The notes: a model not told the origin generated them from the letters alone. Shown: positions 45,433 through 57,387, counted from the first letter of the stretch. The stretch is DNA of 64,000 nt from Alphaproteobacteria bacterium (GCA_965261735.1 OZ253470.1:4288001-4352000), one strand, 5' to 3'. Numbers and translations: made by a program.

Positions 45433-46209
45433 TTACCTCCCGAAGCCGATATGGGAGAGGCGCGCGGGCATGAGAAGCCCCGCTTCTATCAGTTGCGGCG
45501 CTGTCGTCAGCCGCGAATCGACATTCACCGTGATCTCCGCTTTCCCATCCAGCGGGGAGACAAGTGTGCGGCCTGCGAGCGCTTGTTCCCCCGATGGACT
45601 CGAAAAAACGAGTTTTACGTTGACCGACGAGGTGTCCTTAAGCTCCTTGACGCTTTCCGGATAGGTGGCCAGCGGCGGCCAGGTTCCGATCTTTCTGCCT
45701 GCGTCATCGTACACGGGTTTCCTGACACCGCTTTCCAAGTCGAGGCCATCATGTTCGCGCAGCCGGTAGCCAGTCAGGGTCCAAATGATCGCACTTGCGA
45801 GCAAGGTTTTCCCTGACCCGTTGCTACCTTCTAGACACCAGTCTTCGCCCCCGAGTTCCAGAGCGAAGACGGGACCGCCATAGGTGTTGAGCCCGCCGAA
45901 ATTTGTCGTTTCAATCCCATGGAGACGCCATGGACCATCGTTTGCATCGGGACCAGTGTCCGAAACGTCGGGAATTGGATCGGAGTCTTCATCTCTCCAA
46001 GTAGTTGTCAGGCCGTCAAAAAGGGTATCGGAAGCCTCGGCAACATCTTGAGGATCCGCGCCTAATAGGTAGCTAAAGAGCCGCCGTTGGCCGGGTTCCG
46101 CAAGCGTGATGGAACCGGAGCGGGCCGCACTAGAAGCCAACCATGAAAGCTCGCCCCCCGAGAGGAAGCGTTCAGTTGCCTGACCGAATGAAATCGACTT
46201 GCCATTCAT
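45433..46209 (-). pseudogene. SMC/AAA_23-like ATPase, N-terminal part only
   Basis: RLHGIETTNFGG..LEGSNGSGKTLLASAIIWTLTG Walker A; no Walker B. Confidence 0.7.
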
Positions 46210-46257
46210 TGCGTTGTTGTTACCGTTTCACACCATTCTTGGGACGCCCATTTGTTA

Positions 46258-47206
46258 GGGGCTTACAAAGGAAGCTTGACAGAGCGTAATTACAACAACC
46301 ACACGAGGTGAAAATATGACTAGTCCTGTTCTTCCAGTAGCTTCCGAATCTTCTCAAGAACCTGCTCATTCGTCACCTGGTCAAGCGTGCGCAGAATCTC
46401 GCGCTAAATTCAGAAGATCATCCCGATCAGCGAGAAACGCAAAGCCCGGACCTGGATCGTAATCAGCCTTCGAATGAAGGATCAGGGCCAAAACTTGCTT
46501 TTGGTCCTCTTCGGGCCAGATCACCGCGCTCTCTCTCAGAGAGTGAACGTTGTCGTATTTCTCTCGCAATTTCGCGCGTATCTGAGATTTGGACACATCG
46601 CGAGTACCCATGACGGAGTCCTCCTTCTCGTGGGCGCGCGTCTGGCGTTGTCAACGGCATGCAGCGCATCACCATATCCCCAACCAAACCCCTAACCCAT
46701 GAACGATTGCTATCGGGAAAAATATCGCTCCTGCAATAAGGACCCCCCAACGCTCATCAGAAAAGCAGGTGTACAGGTGCTGGAACCACGCTCCAAACGC
46801 TAGTAATCCAAGAAGGAGGCTAAAGAAATTTGCCATGTCTATTATCGAGCTAGAGCATTCTCAGCGAGATATAGGTATCGCTGTAGAAGTAACAGTGTCT
46901 CTATCGCCTCATCGTCCACTGGCTGTCTCTGTGAACTGTGACGAAGCTCCGAAATCATGTTCTCAACCAAGACTGGGAAACTTCGAGAGGGCTGACAGAG
47001 CCTATCGAATGTGGGTGCTAGCAAGGCAACAAGGGCTGCCGCTCCTGACAGCGGAAGAGATGTTTGGTGATCCATGAGAACTCTCCTTCTCGTGGGTTGG
47101 CCTCGCCCGCTGGCACGGGCGGCGGGGCACTCATGCTAGCTGTGGCGGGGTGCCTGGACCAGCGCGTAATGCTGCAGGTTTCTGTCAAGCTTCCTTTGTA
47201 AGCCCC
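46258..47206. mobile_element. Non-autonomous element bounded by perfect 26-bp inverted repeats
   Basis: GGGGCTTACAAAGGAAGCTTGACAGA (46258-46283) and its exact reverse complement (47181-47206); low-GC interior; no transposase. Confidence 0.8.
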
Positions 47207-47430
47207 CATTTTTTCATTCCGCCCTGCCGCCTCCGAATACGCGGCGCCACCAGGACGGCCGCGGTTCGGCCCGGACCTCCAGCAGCGTCATGAGCCGGTC
47301 GCGGTGCTGCCTGGCGTCGTCGAGATCCGCCCTGAGACGCGCATTTCTCCGAAAAGCACATGAGCCAATATGTGGACGGGTTCACCAGTCGACACAACCG
47401 CGCCGGTTGAGACACCATGGCCCATATCGA

Positions 47431-47907
47431 CTAGTCACCTGAATCTAAAGTTCGTGGCATAAGTTTTGATCGACCCGGAGACAGAAGCGTTTGACGGCGG
47501 CGAGGATGTCGTCGGCGGATTTGTTCCACTTGAAGGGCTTCGGGTCTTCGTTGTGTTGTTCGATGAAGGCGCGGATGTCGGCTTCGAGCTGGCGGGTCGA
47601 GGTGCACACACCGCGCTGCAGCTGTTTGCGCGTCAGTTTGGCGAACCAGCGTTCGACCTGATTGATCCAGGAAGCGGAGGTCGGCGTGAAGTGGACGTGC
47701 CAGTGCTGACGCCGCGCCAGCCAGGCCTTGACCGGCGCGGTCTTGTGAGTGGCGTAGTTGTCCATGACGATGTGGATGTCCAGCCCCTCCGGGACACGCC
47801 GGTCGATCTCCTTCAGGAAGTCGAGGAACTCCCTGGCCAGGTGGCGCCTGTAGCACTTACCGATGACGCGGCCCGTGGCGACATCGAGGGCTGCGAACAG
47901 CGAGGTC
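47431..47907 (-). mobile_element. IS630-family 3' remnant
   Basis: MDNYATHK..HFTPTSASWINQVERWF..PKPFKW; CTAG end. Confidence 0.85.
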
Positions 47908-48330
47908 TGTTAACGGCGGAGGAATAATGCTCCACGCGAGGCGGCCGGGCGGTCTGGTCGCGGCGGCGCAAAATTGTGCCACTCATGGTCCCTTGTCGGT
48001 TGCGACGAGGGGCAGGAGATGTACGGCGTGGAGCTCTATGCGGCGGTTCGACTGGCGGTTGTCGACGAGGGTCTGAGTCATCACGAGGCGGGCCGGCGGT
48101 TCGGCATCGACCGTCGCACGGTGAAGAAGATGCTGACCTACTCGGCGCCACCGGGCTACCGCCGGACGAAGCCGGTCCGGCGGCCCAAGCTGGACGGGTT
48201 CACCGGCATCGTCGACGCGATCCTGGAGGCGGACACGGATCCGGACGTGCCGCGCAAGCAGCGCCACACGGCGCACCGGATATTCGAGCGGCTACGGGAC
48301 GAGCACGGGTTCACCGGCGGCTATACCATC
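47908..48330 (+). mobile_element. istA: IS21-family left end plus istA N-terminus
   Basis: TGTTAACGGCGGAGG end; MYGVELYAAVR..KQRHTAHRIFERLRDEHGFTGGYTI. Confidence 0.85.
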
Positions 48331-49363
48331 ATGGATGTTCTCGACCGCGCCGATCTCCCATTCCCGCATTCGCTACCCGAGTTCCAGCGACTTTTCCCCG
48401 ATGATGCGGCCTGCGCCGCCTACCTGGAGAAAGCCCGCTGGGGAGACGGCTTTGCCTGCCCGCACTGCGGCACGGCGGGAGAGCCGTTCCACTTTGAAAA
48501 CCGCCCTGGCGTCCTGCGCTGCCGCAAGTGCCGCCAGAACACCGGGCTGACGGTGGGAACAGTGATGGAGCGTAGCCACACTCCGCTGAACGTCTGGTTC
48601 TGGGCCGCTTATCTGGTCGCCAGTCAGACGCCCGGCATGTCCGCCGTGCAGTTTCAGCGGCAACTTGGTCTTTCGCGCTACGAGACGGCCTTTCAAATTC
48701 TCCACAAGCTCCGCTCGGGCATGGTGCGGCCCAACCAAGACAGGATCGGTGGACAGCCCAAGAACCATGTTGAGGTGGACGAAACCTGGGTTGGCGGGCG
48801 AACGCGTGGGGAAGGCCGTGGTGTTCACCACAAGGTTCCCGTCTCCTGTGCCATCGAGGTGCGTCATCGAAAGCCGGGCACCAAGCTCGACAACCGGAAA
48901 GACGGACGCTATGCCGGATGCGTTCGGCTCGCCGTCGTGCTCGACCGTAGCGCCGAGTCGCTCTGTGGGTTCGTCGAGAGCACCGTCGCGCCGCGATCGC
49001 TGATCGTTACTGACGATTGGAGCGGCTATGCTGGCCTCGGTAAGCGCGGCTATGAGCACTTCGCTGTTGCCGAGTGTGGTGATCCAGAGGTTGCCGAGCA
49101 ATACCTGCCGATCATCCATCTGGTTTTCGCCAACCTGAAGACGTGGCTGATCGGTATCCACCACGGCGTTAGCCACCAGCACCTACAAGCCTACCTCAAC
49201 GAGTTCACCTTCCGCTTCAACAGGCGGTTCTACCCGTTCAACGCCTTCCGCTCATTGCTCGGCATCGCGGGCGACACCTCTGCTCCAACCTATGCCGAGC
49301 TTTACTCGGGAGAGTGGTGGCACCCTACATGTAGCGGTCATGGGCGTTAACCGGATAGGCAAG
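48331..49363 (+). mobile_element. IS1595 transposase (complete ORF to 49350) with right IR; left end replaced by istA
   Basis: VEVDETW, TDDW and YLNEFTFRFNRR motifs; CCGGATAGGCAAG right IR. Confidence 0.88.
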
Positions 49364-49900
49364 CATCGATCGTATCGGACGCATCAGGACGATGTGCCGG
49401 ATGTTGAGCGCGTCCACCCCGGTGGAGAGCTTCTGCGATGTGGTGAGGACAGTGGGAACCGTCTTCTCGTTGTCCTGAAAGTTGCGGAGGTGCTGGTCGC
49501 CAACCGCGCCGTCATTCGCCGTCACCCGATGGCAGTAGTTCGGATCGCTGCTGTCCTTGACCTGGTTGATCAGTTCCCGCACCAGCGCGGCGTGGTCCTG
49601 GGTGGCGCAGAAGACGAGCGTCTTCTGGCGTTGGTCGGTCTGGTCCATGAACTCCCGCACACGGCTCTGCTCGCGCTCCCGGATGATGATCTTGGTGTTG
49701 AAGTCCTCCTCGGTGAAGCGCTGGCCCACCTCGGCCTCGCCCTGGAGGACATCGTCCTCCGGGACGTAGACATACTCGTCGATGGTGCTGGCCATCTGGC
49801 GGACCTTGAAGGGTGTCAGGTAGCCGTCCTCGATCCCGTCCCGCAGCGCGTAGATGTAGACCGGCTCACCGAAGTAGGCGTAGGTGTCGGCATTGTGTCG
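49364..49900 (-). pseudogene. hsdR: Type I restriction subunit R (EcoEI-like), internal fragment
   Basis: TYAYFGEPVYIY..GIEDGYL, KTLVFC..HA and LSTGVDA..IVLMRPIRSM motifs. Confidence 0.8.
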
Positions 49901-50079
49901 GCGTCAGCCGTATACTGCTTGCGTGTCTTGCGCCGAATATCCCGAACCGTTCTCTCCGCCGGGTCGTTCTTGCTCATTGATTTCTGTCTCATCTTCGTTC
50001 CCTTCGGTCACTACGATGAGCCAGAAATCCTCCGTTATGCAATTACCTCAATTTGTCCCAAAGGCGCTGATGTCAGACA
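49901..50079 (-). mobile_element. IS3-family left-end remnant
   Basis: TGTCTGACATCAGC end; MRQKS..AERTVRDIRRKTRKQYTA. Confidence 0.65.
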
Positions 50080-50097
50080 CTCATAGGCGCTGACGGG

Positions 50098-51491
50098 GGT
50101 TGTGTCTCGAAAGTGGTGGAAATTGGTTTTGGCGCCTCTCCGAGCGGGTTGAGTTTTGCGGCGGTCAGGCTGCGCGGTCAAGGGTTTCGTCGGCGATTAG
50201 CTGATCGAGGGTTTCCCATCCATCGACTTTGCGCATCTGGATTTGGCCGGAAGCGAGGAGTGCCCAGAGGAGCATCGGCACTGTTTCGGGACACGGCAGC
50301 ACGGTCTGTGTTTTGATCCGGCGCTTGAACTCCTCGTTGAGACGCTCAATGGCGTTGGTCGTTCGGGCTGATTTCCATTGGCTCTTGGACAGGCGCGTGA
50401 AGGTAAAGAGCTTGTCGCCCGCTTCTGCGAGGCTGTCCGCGACGGCCCTGCATTTCAGCCGCCACTTGCGGACAAACGCCTTGCGGCGGGTTTCCACCTC
50501 GGAGGCAGTGTCGGCATAGATCATATCGCGGTAATCTTCGCTCAGCTCGTCATGCATGTGTTTGGGAGCATGACCCAGAAGGTTGCGGTGCTTGTGCACG
50601 GTGCAGCGTTGAACGGGAAGGTCATCGCCCCAAAGCGCCGACAGAGCCGCCTCCAGTCCCGGCGCGCCATCGACGATGACAAACCCGGGCCGTTTCAGTC
50701 CACGCGCATCAAGGTCGTCGAGGAACTGGCGCCACGCCGCCTGGCTTTCTCCGCCCATATTCCCGATCGAAAGCAAGACCTTCTGGCCATCCCGGCGCAC
50801 CCCTATAGCCGCGAGAACCGAGATGTTGGTGGCCTTGCGGTCCAGTCGGGTCTTGATCACAGTGCCGTCAAGGATCAGCCGAACGATATCCTCATCCGCG
50901 AGGCCACGGCTGCACCAGGCGTCCCAATCGACCTTCACCTTGCGCCACGCCCGGCTCACAACGTCCTTGCTCACAGCACCCCGGAAGAGCCCGAACAGCG
51001 CGCGTTTCACCCGCCGCGTGTTGGTTCCGGACAGATACACCGAAGCGATCAGCGCCTCGGCCTTTCTGGTCAGCCGCTGGTAGCGCGGCAGCGCCCGCGA
51101 ACGCCATTCCGACGCCCGACCGTCTTCCTCAACGATCCGCGCACGCGGCACGCTCACCCTCTCGGTCCCGAATGTCCCCGTCAGTTGCCGCTCCCGGTGC
51201 CCGTTCCGATACCCTTGCCGAAGCGCGTCCTCTCGACCGTATCGGCAGCGCCCGAGAAACTGCGCAAGTTCCTCCTCAAAAACGGCCTCGATCGTGGATC
51301 TGATGTTCTCCCGCAGCCGGTCCTCGAGCGGATCATAGCCGGCGTCATTGGCCAGTAGCGAAAGCGCGGAAGTCTCGGTAGTGTTCTTCATGGCGTGATC
51401 TCCTTGGCGGTGCTAGCCGCCGATTGGGTGGTTGTCTTGTCACCCGGAGATTACGCCATCCTCAAATTTCCACCACTTTCGAGACACAGCC
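50098..51491 (-). mobile_element. IS256-family element, copy 1 (transposase 50165-51391)
   Basis: IR GG(T/C)TGTGTCTCGAAAGTGGTGGAAATT; 8-bp direct repeat CTGACGGG; YRNG, LDG, QRCTVH and TTNAIER motifs. Confidence 0.95.
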
Positions 51492-51609
51492 CTGACGGGG
51501 GACACGACATTTTCAAACAAGACCGAGCCACCGCCTTGGCCGAGTGGCGTCAACCCGCAGCCTGAGAGCCCGGGATCGTAGGTTCTATAGCCCCGACCCA
51601 GTTAGTCTG

Positions 51610-51887
51610 ATGGTATGGACGCCCCCTACGGCTTCACGATGAGCCATACTGGAGTGTGTTGAACAACCCCGAACGACGGCAACTCTGCCGGTCCGCCCAG
51701 GGAGAGGACCGCCGTCCATGCGACCGTCTACAACCTCTTCAACGTCCAACGCCATCTGGTCTCCCGCCGAACACTCCGCCAATTCCGCGGCGACGCGATG
51801 AGACAGTGGCGGCAAGTGACGACCGTTGCATAATCTCCGGCGTCGGCGCCCACAAGCTGGTTACACGGTGGTTAACGTGACAACGCC
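51610..51887 (+). mobile_element. IS1111-type left end fused to an IS6 3' remnant
   Basis: ATGGTATGGACGCCCC; HATVYNLFNVQRHL..; GTGACAACGCC IR. Confidence 0.6.
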
Positions 51888-52299
51888 GCTGCAAGCCCTC
51901 GTGGACCGATACTGGCCCAAGCCGCGGATCCGACACCCGTGGCCGGAACAGCGGTTCGACGTCAAATACCCGAGGTAGGAGCCGGATGGTTTAACGACCA
52001 CGTCCGGTTCTGTGCGGGGGGCGCCGGGAAACCGGCGTCCCTACCGCGACCGCACAAACGCCCATTTGGTGGCGCGCGATTCATGCGATTTCTGTTAGGA
52101 TTAGTCCATTCGGTCCGTGGCATCAGTGACTTACTGAGTAGCACCTCGGTGCTGTCGACGCGAACTCCCCTTACGCAACCTGCTATTGTGCGCCAGTGGT
52201 GCCAAAGGGCCAACTGTGACCGTATAAAACCGACGCTCAAGATGTGTGACAAAGATACTCTTTCCTTGAAGGCTGCAATGGGCAGATTTCTTGGACAAG

Positions 52300-54405
52300 T
52301 CAGTCACCACCTGCCCGATAATCTGGTTCCTCCAGAGATTCAACAGACTGCCTTGAAAGGTTCTCCAAACGCACGCCGTTCCTCTCCATCCAACGCCTCG
52401 CAGCTGCGCGGTTTTCCGAATGCGGTGAGTGTTTTGTCAAGACCTCGAACATGCACCGCGAATCGGCGGCTTCCGAATTCAAGAAAAATTTCGGAAACTT
52501 CTTGGCGCCCAAATCCAGCAGCCGCATGATCATTTGGGCATTGTTTTCTTTCCTGGTTGCCCAGCATACCGGTTCTCCGCAATGTACACTCTTCTTGAGC
52601 TTGAAACACGTCTCATGATTCTTGCGGAACTTGGACAGCAAGACAGCCGCGGCCACATTCTTTTCAGTAGCTGCATAATGTAGAGGGGTAGCAAAATATT
52701 GTGCGCTCGCCCTTAAATTCGCACCACGCTCTAGAAGTATTTTTGCAACAGCGATATTTCCGGTTCCCACCGCGCTGTGCAAAGGAGTGAGGCCAATATT
52801 GCTGCTCCCGTCTATGTGCGCGCCGTGGTCTATCAATAATTTCGCAATATCCACATTTTTGTTCTGCGCCGCAGAATGCAAAGGCGTGAACAGATTCTTG
52901 TCTCGGGTGTTCACGTTTGCTCCACGTTCAATCAATCGCTTTGCCAGCTCGGGGCTCTTGTTGCCCGCTGCCCAATGTATCGGAGCGTGCCCGTATTTGG
53001 TTTGAGCGTTGAGGCCACCAGCACGGTTAATGAGCAACATCGCGACGTCGACACTCTCATTCATGGAAGCGGCCAAGGCCCACGCGGTGGTTCCATTCCC
53101 CTTGGGAGGTTCATCTCCGTACTTGGCCTCGACTTCGGCATCAGCCCGACCCCCCCGATCCAGCAAGAGCGAGATCACGTCAGGTCTCGTGCTGTGTTTC
53201 GCCGCCGTGTGCAGCGGCGTATAGAATTCGGGGTACTGCGGATGATCTTCATTTATGACCCTTGTTCTTGCAGAGATGTCGGCGCCGTCGTTGAGCAGCG
53301 CCGCAATTACGGCGGAGCTCTCGTTTGCCTGCAACGCCTCGTGCAGGGCATTGGGCCGACCACCGTATTTCTCTTGGACGATTCTTGCGGCGATCAATCT
53401 TTCCGCCGTCATTCCCCTTGGCCCTTCGATGGACGGATCGGCCCCCGCCGCAGTCAACGCTTCGATGATCTTCGAATGGCCATGCACAGCTGCCATGAAG
53501 AGCGCCGTCGCACCGTCGGACGCGCGGATGTTGGGGTCCGCCCCGGCCTTCAGGAGCGGTGGGACCAGCAGTGTGTGCCCCTTGTCTGCGGCGTGCATCA
53601 GGGCCGTCCGGCCCTTACCGTCCCGGACGTTCGCGTCCCCGCCTGTTGCCAAAGCCGTCTTCAGGCCGTCGATGTCGCCGGCCGCCACTAGCCGGTGCAG
53701 GTTAACGGGCGAACGGGCAGGGTTCCGTCGCGTCGGCGGTTCCTGACGTGGAGACGCCGCCGATACCGCCACATTTCTTCCCTTGGCTGCGGCGCGCATC
53801 GCGCGCAGGCCATCCGGGGTCAACATCTGCGTCCGAGGCAGGCCCGCGTCGCGCAGGAACGTCGCATACGCCCTCCCGGGGCGGGGCCCCCAGCGCCCGT
53901 CCGCCGGCCCGGGCTCGTAACCGAGCGCCGTCATCAGCGCCTGCGCCTCCCGGATCGCGCGCGGGGGTGGCGGGCTTGCCGGCGCAGTCGGTGCGGCGGC
54001 GCGCTGAACCACCTCGGCTTTAGGCGCGTTGGCCCCGCGTCCCGACAGCCATGCCCGGGCGAGCTCCTGCGCCGATGCAATGTGCTGCGGAATCATGTTC
54101 GCGGCCAGTCCATCACGCTCTCTCGCCGCCTCGGCGCTCCCGCGCCCGGCCGCCAGGTTGAGCCACATATGCGCGAGAATGTAGTCCTGCGGAACGCCCA
54201 GGCCCCTCGCGAACGCCTGGCCGAGCGCCAGCATCGCCTTGCCGTCGCCGGTCCGAGCCGCCGCCTGCCATTGCGTCAGGGCCTCGGCGTGCAGTCCCGC
54301 CGTCCACGCTGTCTGTCCCGCCTCGTAATCCGCACGCGCGGGGGACGCGCACGACAAAATTGCCGCGAGGCACAGGGCAATTCTCAGTGTCGGATTGCGA
54401 TACAT
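52300..54405 (-). CDS. Secreted Sel1-like + peptidoglycan-binding + ankyrin-repeat protein
   Basis: Signal peptide ending ARA; GLGVPQDYILAHMWLNLAA; AQALMTALGYEPGPADGRWGP; multiple GxTPLH/TAL ankyrin repeats. Confidence 0.88.
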   Translation of the reverse strand: MYRNPTLRIALCLAAILSCASPARADYEAGQTAWTAGLHAEALTQWQAAARTGDGKAMLALGQAFARGLGVPQDYILAHMWLNLAAGRGSAEAARERDGLAANMIPQHIASAQELARAWLSGRGANAPKAEVVQRAAAPTAPASPPPPRAIREAQALMTALGYEPGPADGRWGPRPGRAYATFLRDAGLPRTQMLTPDGLRAMRAAAKGRNVAVSAASPRQEPPTRRNPARSPVNLHRLVAAGDIDGLKTALATGGDANVRDGKGRTALMHAADKGHTLLVPPLLKAGADPNIRASDGATALFMAAVHGHSKIIEALTAAGADPSIEGPRGMTAERLIAARIVQEKYGGRPNALHEALQANESSAVIAALLNDGADISARTRVINEDHPQYPEFYTPLHTAAKHSTRPDVISLLLDRGGRADAEVEAKYGDEPPKGNGTTAWALAASMNESVDVAMLLINRAGGLNAQTKYGHAPIHWAAGNKSPELAKRLIERGANVNTRDKNLFTPLHSAAQNKNVDIAKLLIDHGAHIDGSSNIGLTPLHSAVGTGNIAVAKILLERGANLRASAQYFATPLHYAATEKNVAAAVLLSKFRKNHETCFKLKKSVHCGEPVCWATRKENNAQMIMRLLDLGAKKFPKFFLNSEAADSRCMFEVLTKHSPHSENRAAARRWMERNGVRLENLSRQSVESLEEPDYRAGGD

Positions 54406-54452
54406 GCCTTGAACACCCTTCTGGAAATCACTCGGACAGGGACTAATCCCAT

Positions 54453-55846
54453 GGTTGTGTCTCGAAAGTGGTGGAAATTGGTTTTGGCGCCTCTCCGAGC
54501 GGGTTGAGTTTTGCGGCGGTCAGGCTGCGCGGTCAAGGGTTTCGTCGGCGATTAGCTGATCGAGGGTTTCCCATCCATCGACTTTGCGCATCTGGATTTG
54601 GCCGGAAGCGAGGAGTGCCCAGAGGAGCATCGGCACTGTTTCGGGACACGGCAGCACGGTCTGTGTTTTGATCCGGCGCTTGAACTCCTCGTTGAGACGC
54701 TCAATGGCGTTGGTCGTTCGGGCTGATTTCCATTGGCTCTTGGACAGGCGCGTGAAGGTAAAGAGCTTGTCGCCCGCTTCTGCGAGGCTGTCCGCGACGG
54801 CCCTGCATTTCAGCCGCCACTTGCGGACAAACGCCTTGCGGCGGGTTTCCACCTCGGAGGCAGTGTCGGCATAGATCATATCGCGGTAATCTTCGCTCAG
54901 CTCGTCATGCATGTGTTTGGGAGCATGACCCAGAAGGTTGCGGTGCTTGTGCACGGTGCAGCGTTGAACGGGAAGGTCATCGCCCCAAAGCGCCGACAGA
55001 GCCGCCTCCAGTCCCGGCGCGCCATCGACGATGACAAACCCGGGCCGTTTCAGTCCACGCGCATCAAGGTCGTCGAGGAACTGGCGCCACGCCGCCTGGC
55101 TTTCTCCGCCCATATTCCCGATCGAAAGCAAGACCTTCTGGCCATCCCGGCGCACCCCTATAGCCGCGAGAACCGAGATGTTGGTGGCCTTGCGGTCCAG
55201 TCGGGTCTTGATCACAGTGCCGTCAAGGATCAGCCGAACGATATCCTCATCCGCGAGGCCACGGCTGCACCAGGCGTCCCAATCGACCTTCACCTTGCGC
55301 CACGCCCGGCTCACAACGTCCTTGCTCACAGCACCCCGGAAGAGCCCGAACAGCGCGCGTTTCACCCGCCGCGTGTTGGTTCCGGACAGATACACCGAAG
55401 CGATCAGCGCCTCGGCCTTTCTGGTCAGCCGCTGGTAGCGCGGCAGCGCCCGCGAACGCCATTCCGACGCCCGACCGTCTTCCTCAACGATCCGCGCACG
55501 CGGCACGCTCACCCTCTCGGTCCCGAATGTCCCCGTCAGTTGCCGCTCCCGGTGCCCGTTCCGATACCCTTGCCGAAGCGCGTCCTCTCGACCGTATCGG
55601 CAGCGCCCGAGAAACTGCGCAAGTTCCTCCTCAAAAACGGCCTCGATCGTGGATCTGATGTTCTCCCGCAGCCGGTCCTCGAGCGGATCATAGCCGGCGT
55701 CATTGGCCAGTAGCGAAAGCGCGGAAGTCTCGGTAGTGTTCTTCATGGCGTGATCTCCTTGGCGGTGCTAGCCGCCGATTGGGTGGTTGTCTTGTCACCC
55801 GGAGATTACGCCATCCTCAAATTTCCACCACTTTCGAGACACAGCC
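54453..55846 (-). mobile_element. IS256-family element, copy 2 (transposase 54520-55746)
   Basis: Protein identical to copy 1; own 8-bp direct repeat AATCCCAT. Confidence 0.95.
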
Positions 55847-55936
55847 AATCCCATCCGGACTTCAATGCTCAGATCGTTCATCAGCCTCGTGTGGCAGACT
55901 CGCCGAATGTGAATTCAGGTGACGGCGCGCAGTCAA

Positions 55937-57343
55937 TTACTTGTAACAGATGCGCTTCCAAAGACTGCCGTCAGCATTGTAAAAGTTCTGGCATCTCTGT
56001 TCCCGCGCCGCTGGCGCGGCATAACACGCGGTCGAAACCACGCGTCCGTCATGGGTGTATTTTACGCATTTCTTTTGCTGGGTCTTGCCATAGGTCTGCC
56101 GCTCGAGCTTCCGCTGTTGCTCGTAGACTTGCTGTCTGCGCGCCTGCTCCAGCCGTTGCTGGTGCTGGCGCTGAAGGTCCCGGGCCTTCTGCCGTTGGTA
56201 GGCTCGCTGCTGTTGTTGCCGGGTCTGCTGCAACATCTGCAAATTCCGGTTCAGTTGCTGCCGGCTGTTGTTGTAGCTGCGCCTGCTGTACTCGCGTTGC
56301 TGCCGGCGAGCGCGTTCCAGAGCCTGCTGCGTGTCCCTCTCCCGAGCGGCGGCGGCCCGGCGCGCCGCCGCGTCGCGTGCCGCCTGGTTTCTACGCGCTT
56401 CCGCCGCGCGCGCCGCCTGGCGTTGCCGCGCGGCTTGGGCTGCGGCCTCCCTCCGGGCCTGTTCAGCGCGCCGGTCGGCCTCCAGCCTTTCCAGCGCCCC
56501 CTTGTAGCCGGCCGATCGCGTGCCGCCTCCCTGCAGGGAGTTCAGGGCCTTCTCGTAGTTGGAAGGGCTTGTCTCGACGTCCTTGACCGGCGCGGGCGCC
56601 GTCTTCACCGCAACGGGCCGCGGGAACCGGACGTCCGGGCTCTCAGCGGCCCAGGGATCCTTGCCGGCGGCGGGGGTCTCGGCATCCCATGCGCTCTTGC
56701 CGGATCCGGCGGGGGTAGAGTCCTCCGCGGTGTCCTGCGCCCAGGGGCCCCGCCCGTCCTCCGTCAGTTTTCGTACCGCGATCGCCCCGGCGATGAGGCT
56801 CGCGAATTCGTTCTTGCGTTCCCGCCACTGCCGTCGGTCCTCCCCGCGGCTTCTGAGATCGGCGATCTCCCGGCTGAGCTCGGCTTGCTGCTTCTCCCAC
56901 TTGCTGTCGAAATGCCGGTCGATCAGCGGGATGGCGATGTACGGGGCGATCACCTTGTCCCCGGCCTGGTATGCGACTTCCCAGGTTGTTCCGGCGGGAC
57001 CCGAAAAGCGCAACCCCTTCGCGACAATCGGCCCGTACCGCATGGCAATTTTCTTCGCCAATGGGCCGAACTTCTTCGTCTTCTCCAGCCAGCCCCAGGC
57101 CTTCTTGCCGGCCTTGATGGTGTACTCCTCGATCTTGTCGGCCGCCTTGTCCACCAACTTTCCGGAAGCCCGGTCGACTTCCTCTTCAAATCCCTGCCAT
57201 GCGCCCGCTTTCTTGTTTCCGTCCCCATCCTCCGCCGCACTGGCGGCTGGCGCGGCGACGGATTGCAGCCCGAACCCGTGCGCCGGGCCGGACGTGAACG
57301 AAACCGCCGCCAGGACCAGGACAGCCGCGCAAACAGCGGACAA
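55937..57343 (-). CDS. Putative secreted protein with long Q/R/A-rich coiled coil and Cys-containing tail
   Basis: Hydrophobic leader ending AHG; low-complexity helix; four C-terminal Cys; start codon uncertain. Confidence 0.65.
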   Translation of the reverse strand: MSAVCAAVLVLAAVSFTSGPAHGFGLQSVAAPAASAAEDGDGNKKAGAWQGFEEEVDRASGKLVDKAADKIEEYTIKAGKKAWGWLEKTKKFGPLAKKIAMRYGPIVAKGLRFSGPAGTTWEVAYQAGDKVIAPYIAIPLIDRHFDSKWEKQQAELSREIADLRSRGEDRRQWRERKNEFASLIAGAIAVRKLTEDGRGPWAQDTAEDSTPAGSGKSAWDAETPAAGKDPWAAESPDVRFPRPVAVKTAPAPVKDVETSPSNYEKALNSLQGGGTRSAGYKGALERLEADRRAEQARREAAAQAARQRQAARAAEARRNQAARDAAARRAAAARERDTQQALERARRQQREYSRRSYNNSRQQLNRNLQMLQQTRQQQQRAYQRQKARDLQRQHQQRLEQARRQQVYEQQRKLERQTYGKTQQKKCVKYTHDGRVVSTACYAAPAAREQRCQNFYNADGSLWKRICYK

Positions 57344-57387
57344 GTTCCAAGGGATGCCAGGGTCTCGTGCGAAAATGACGCTATCCC

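Noticed and set aside
50098-55846. IS256 composite transposon carrying the ankyrin gene
   Set aside because: Each copy has its own distinct 8-bp duplication, so they are independent insertions; future composite movement remains possible
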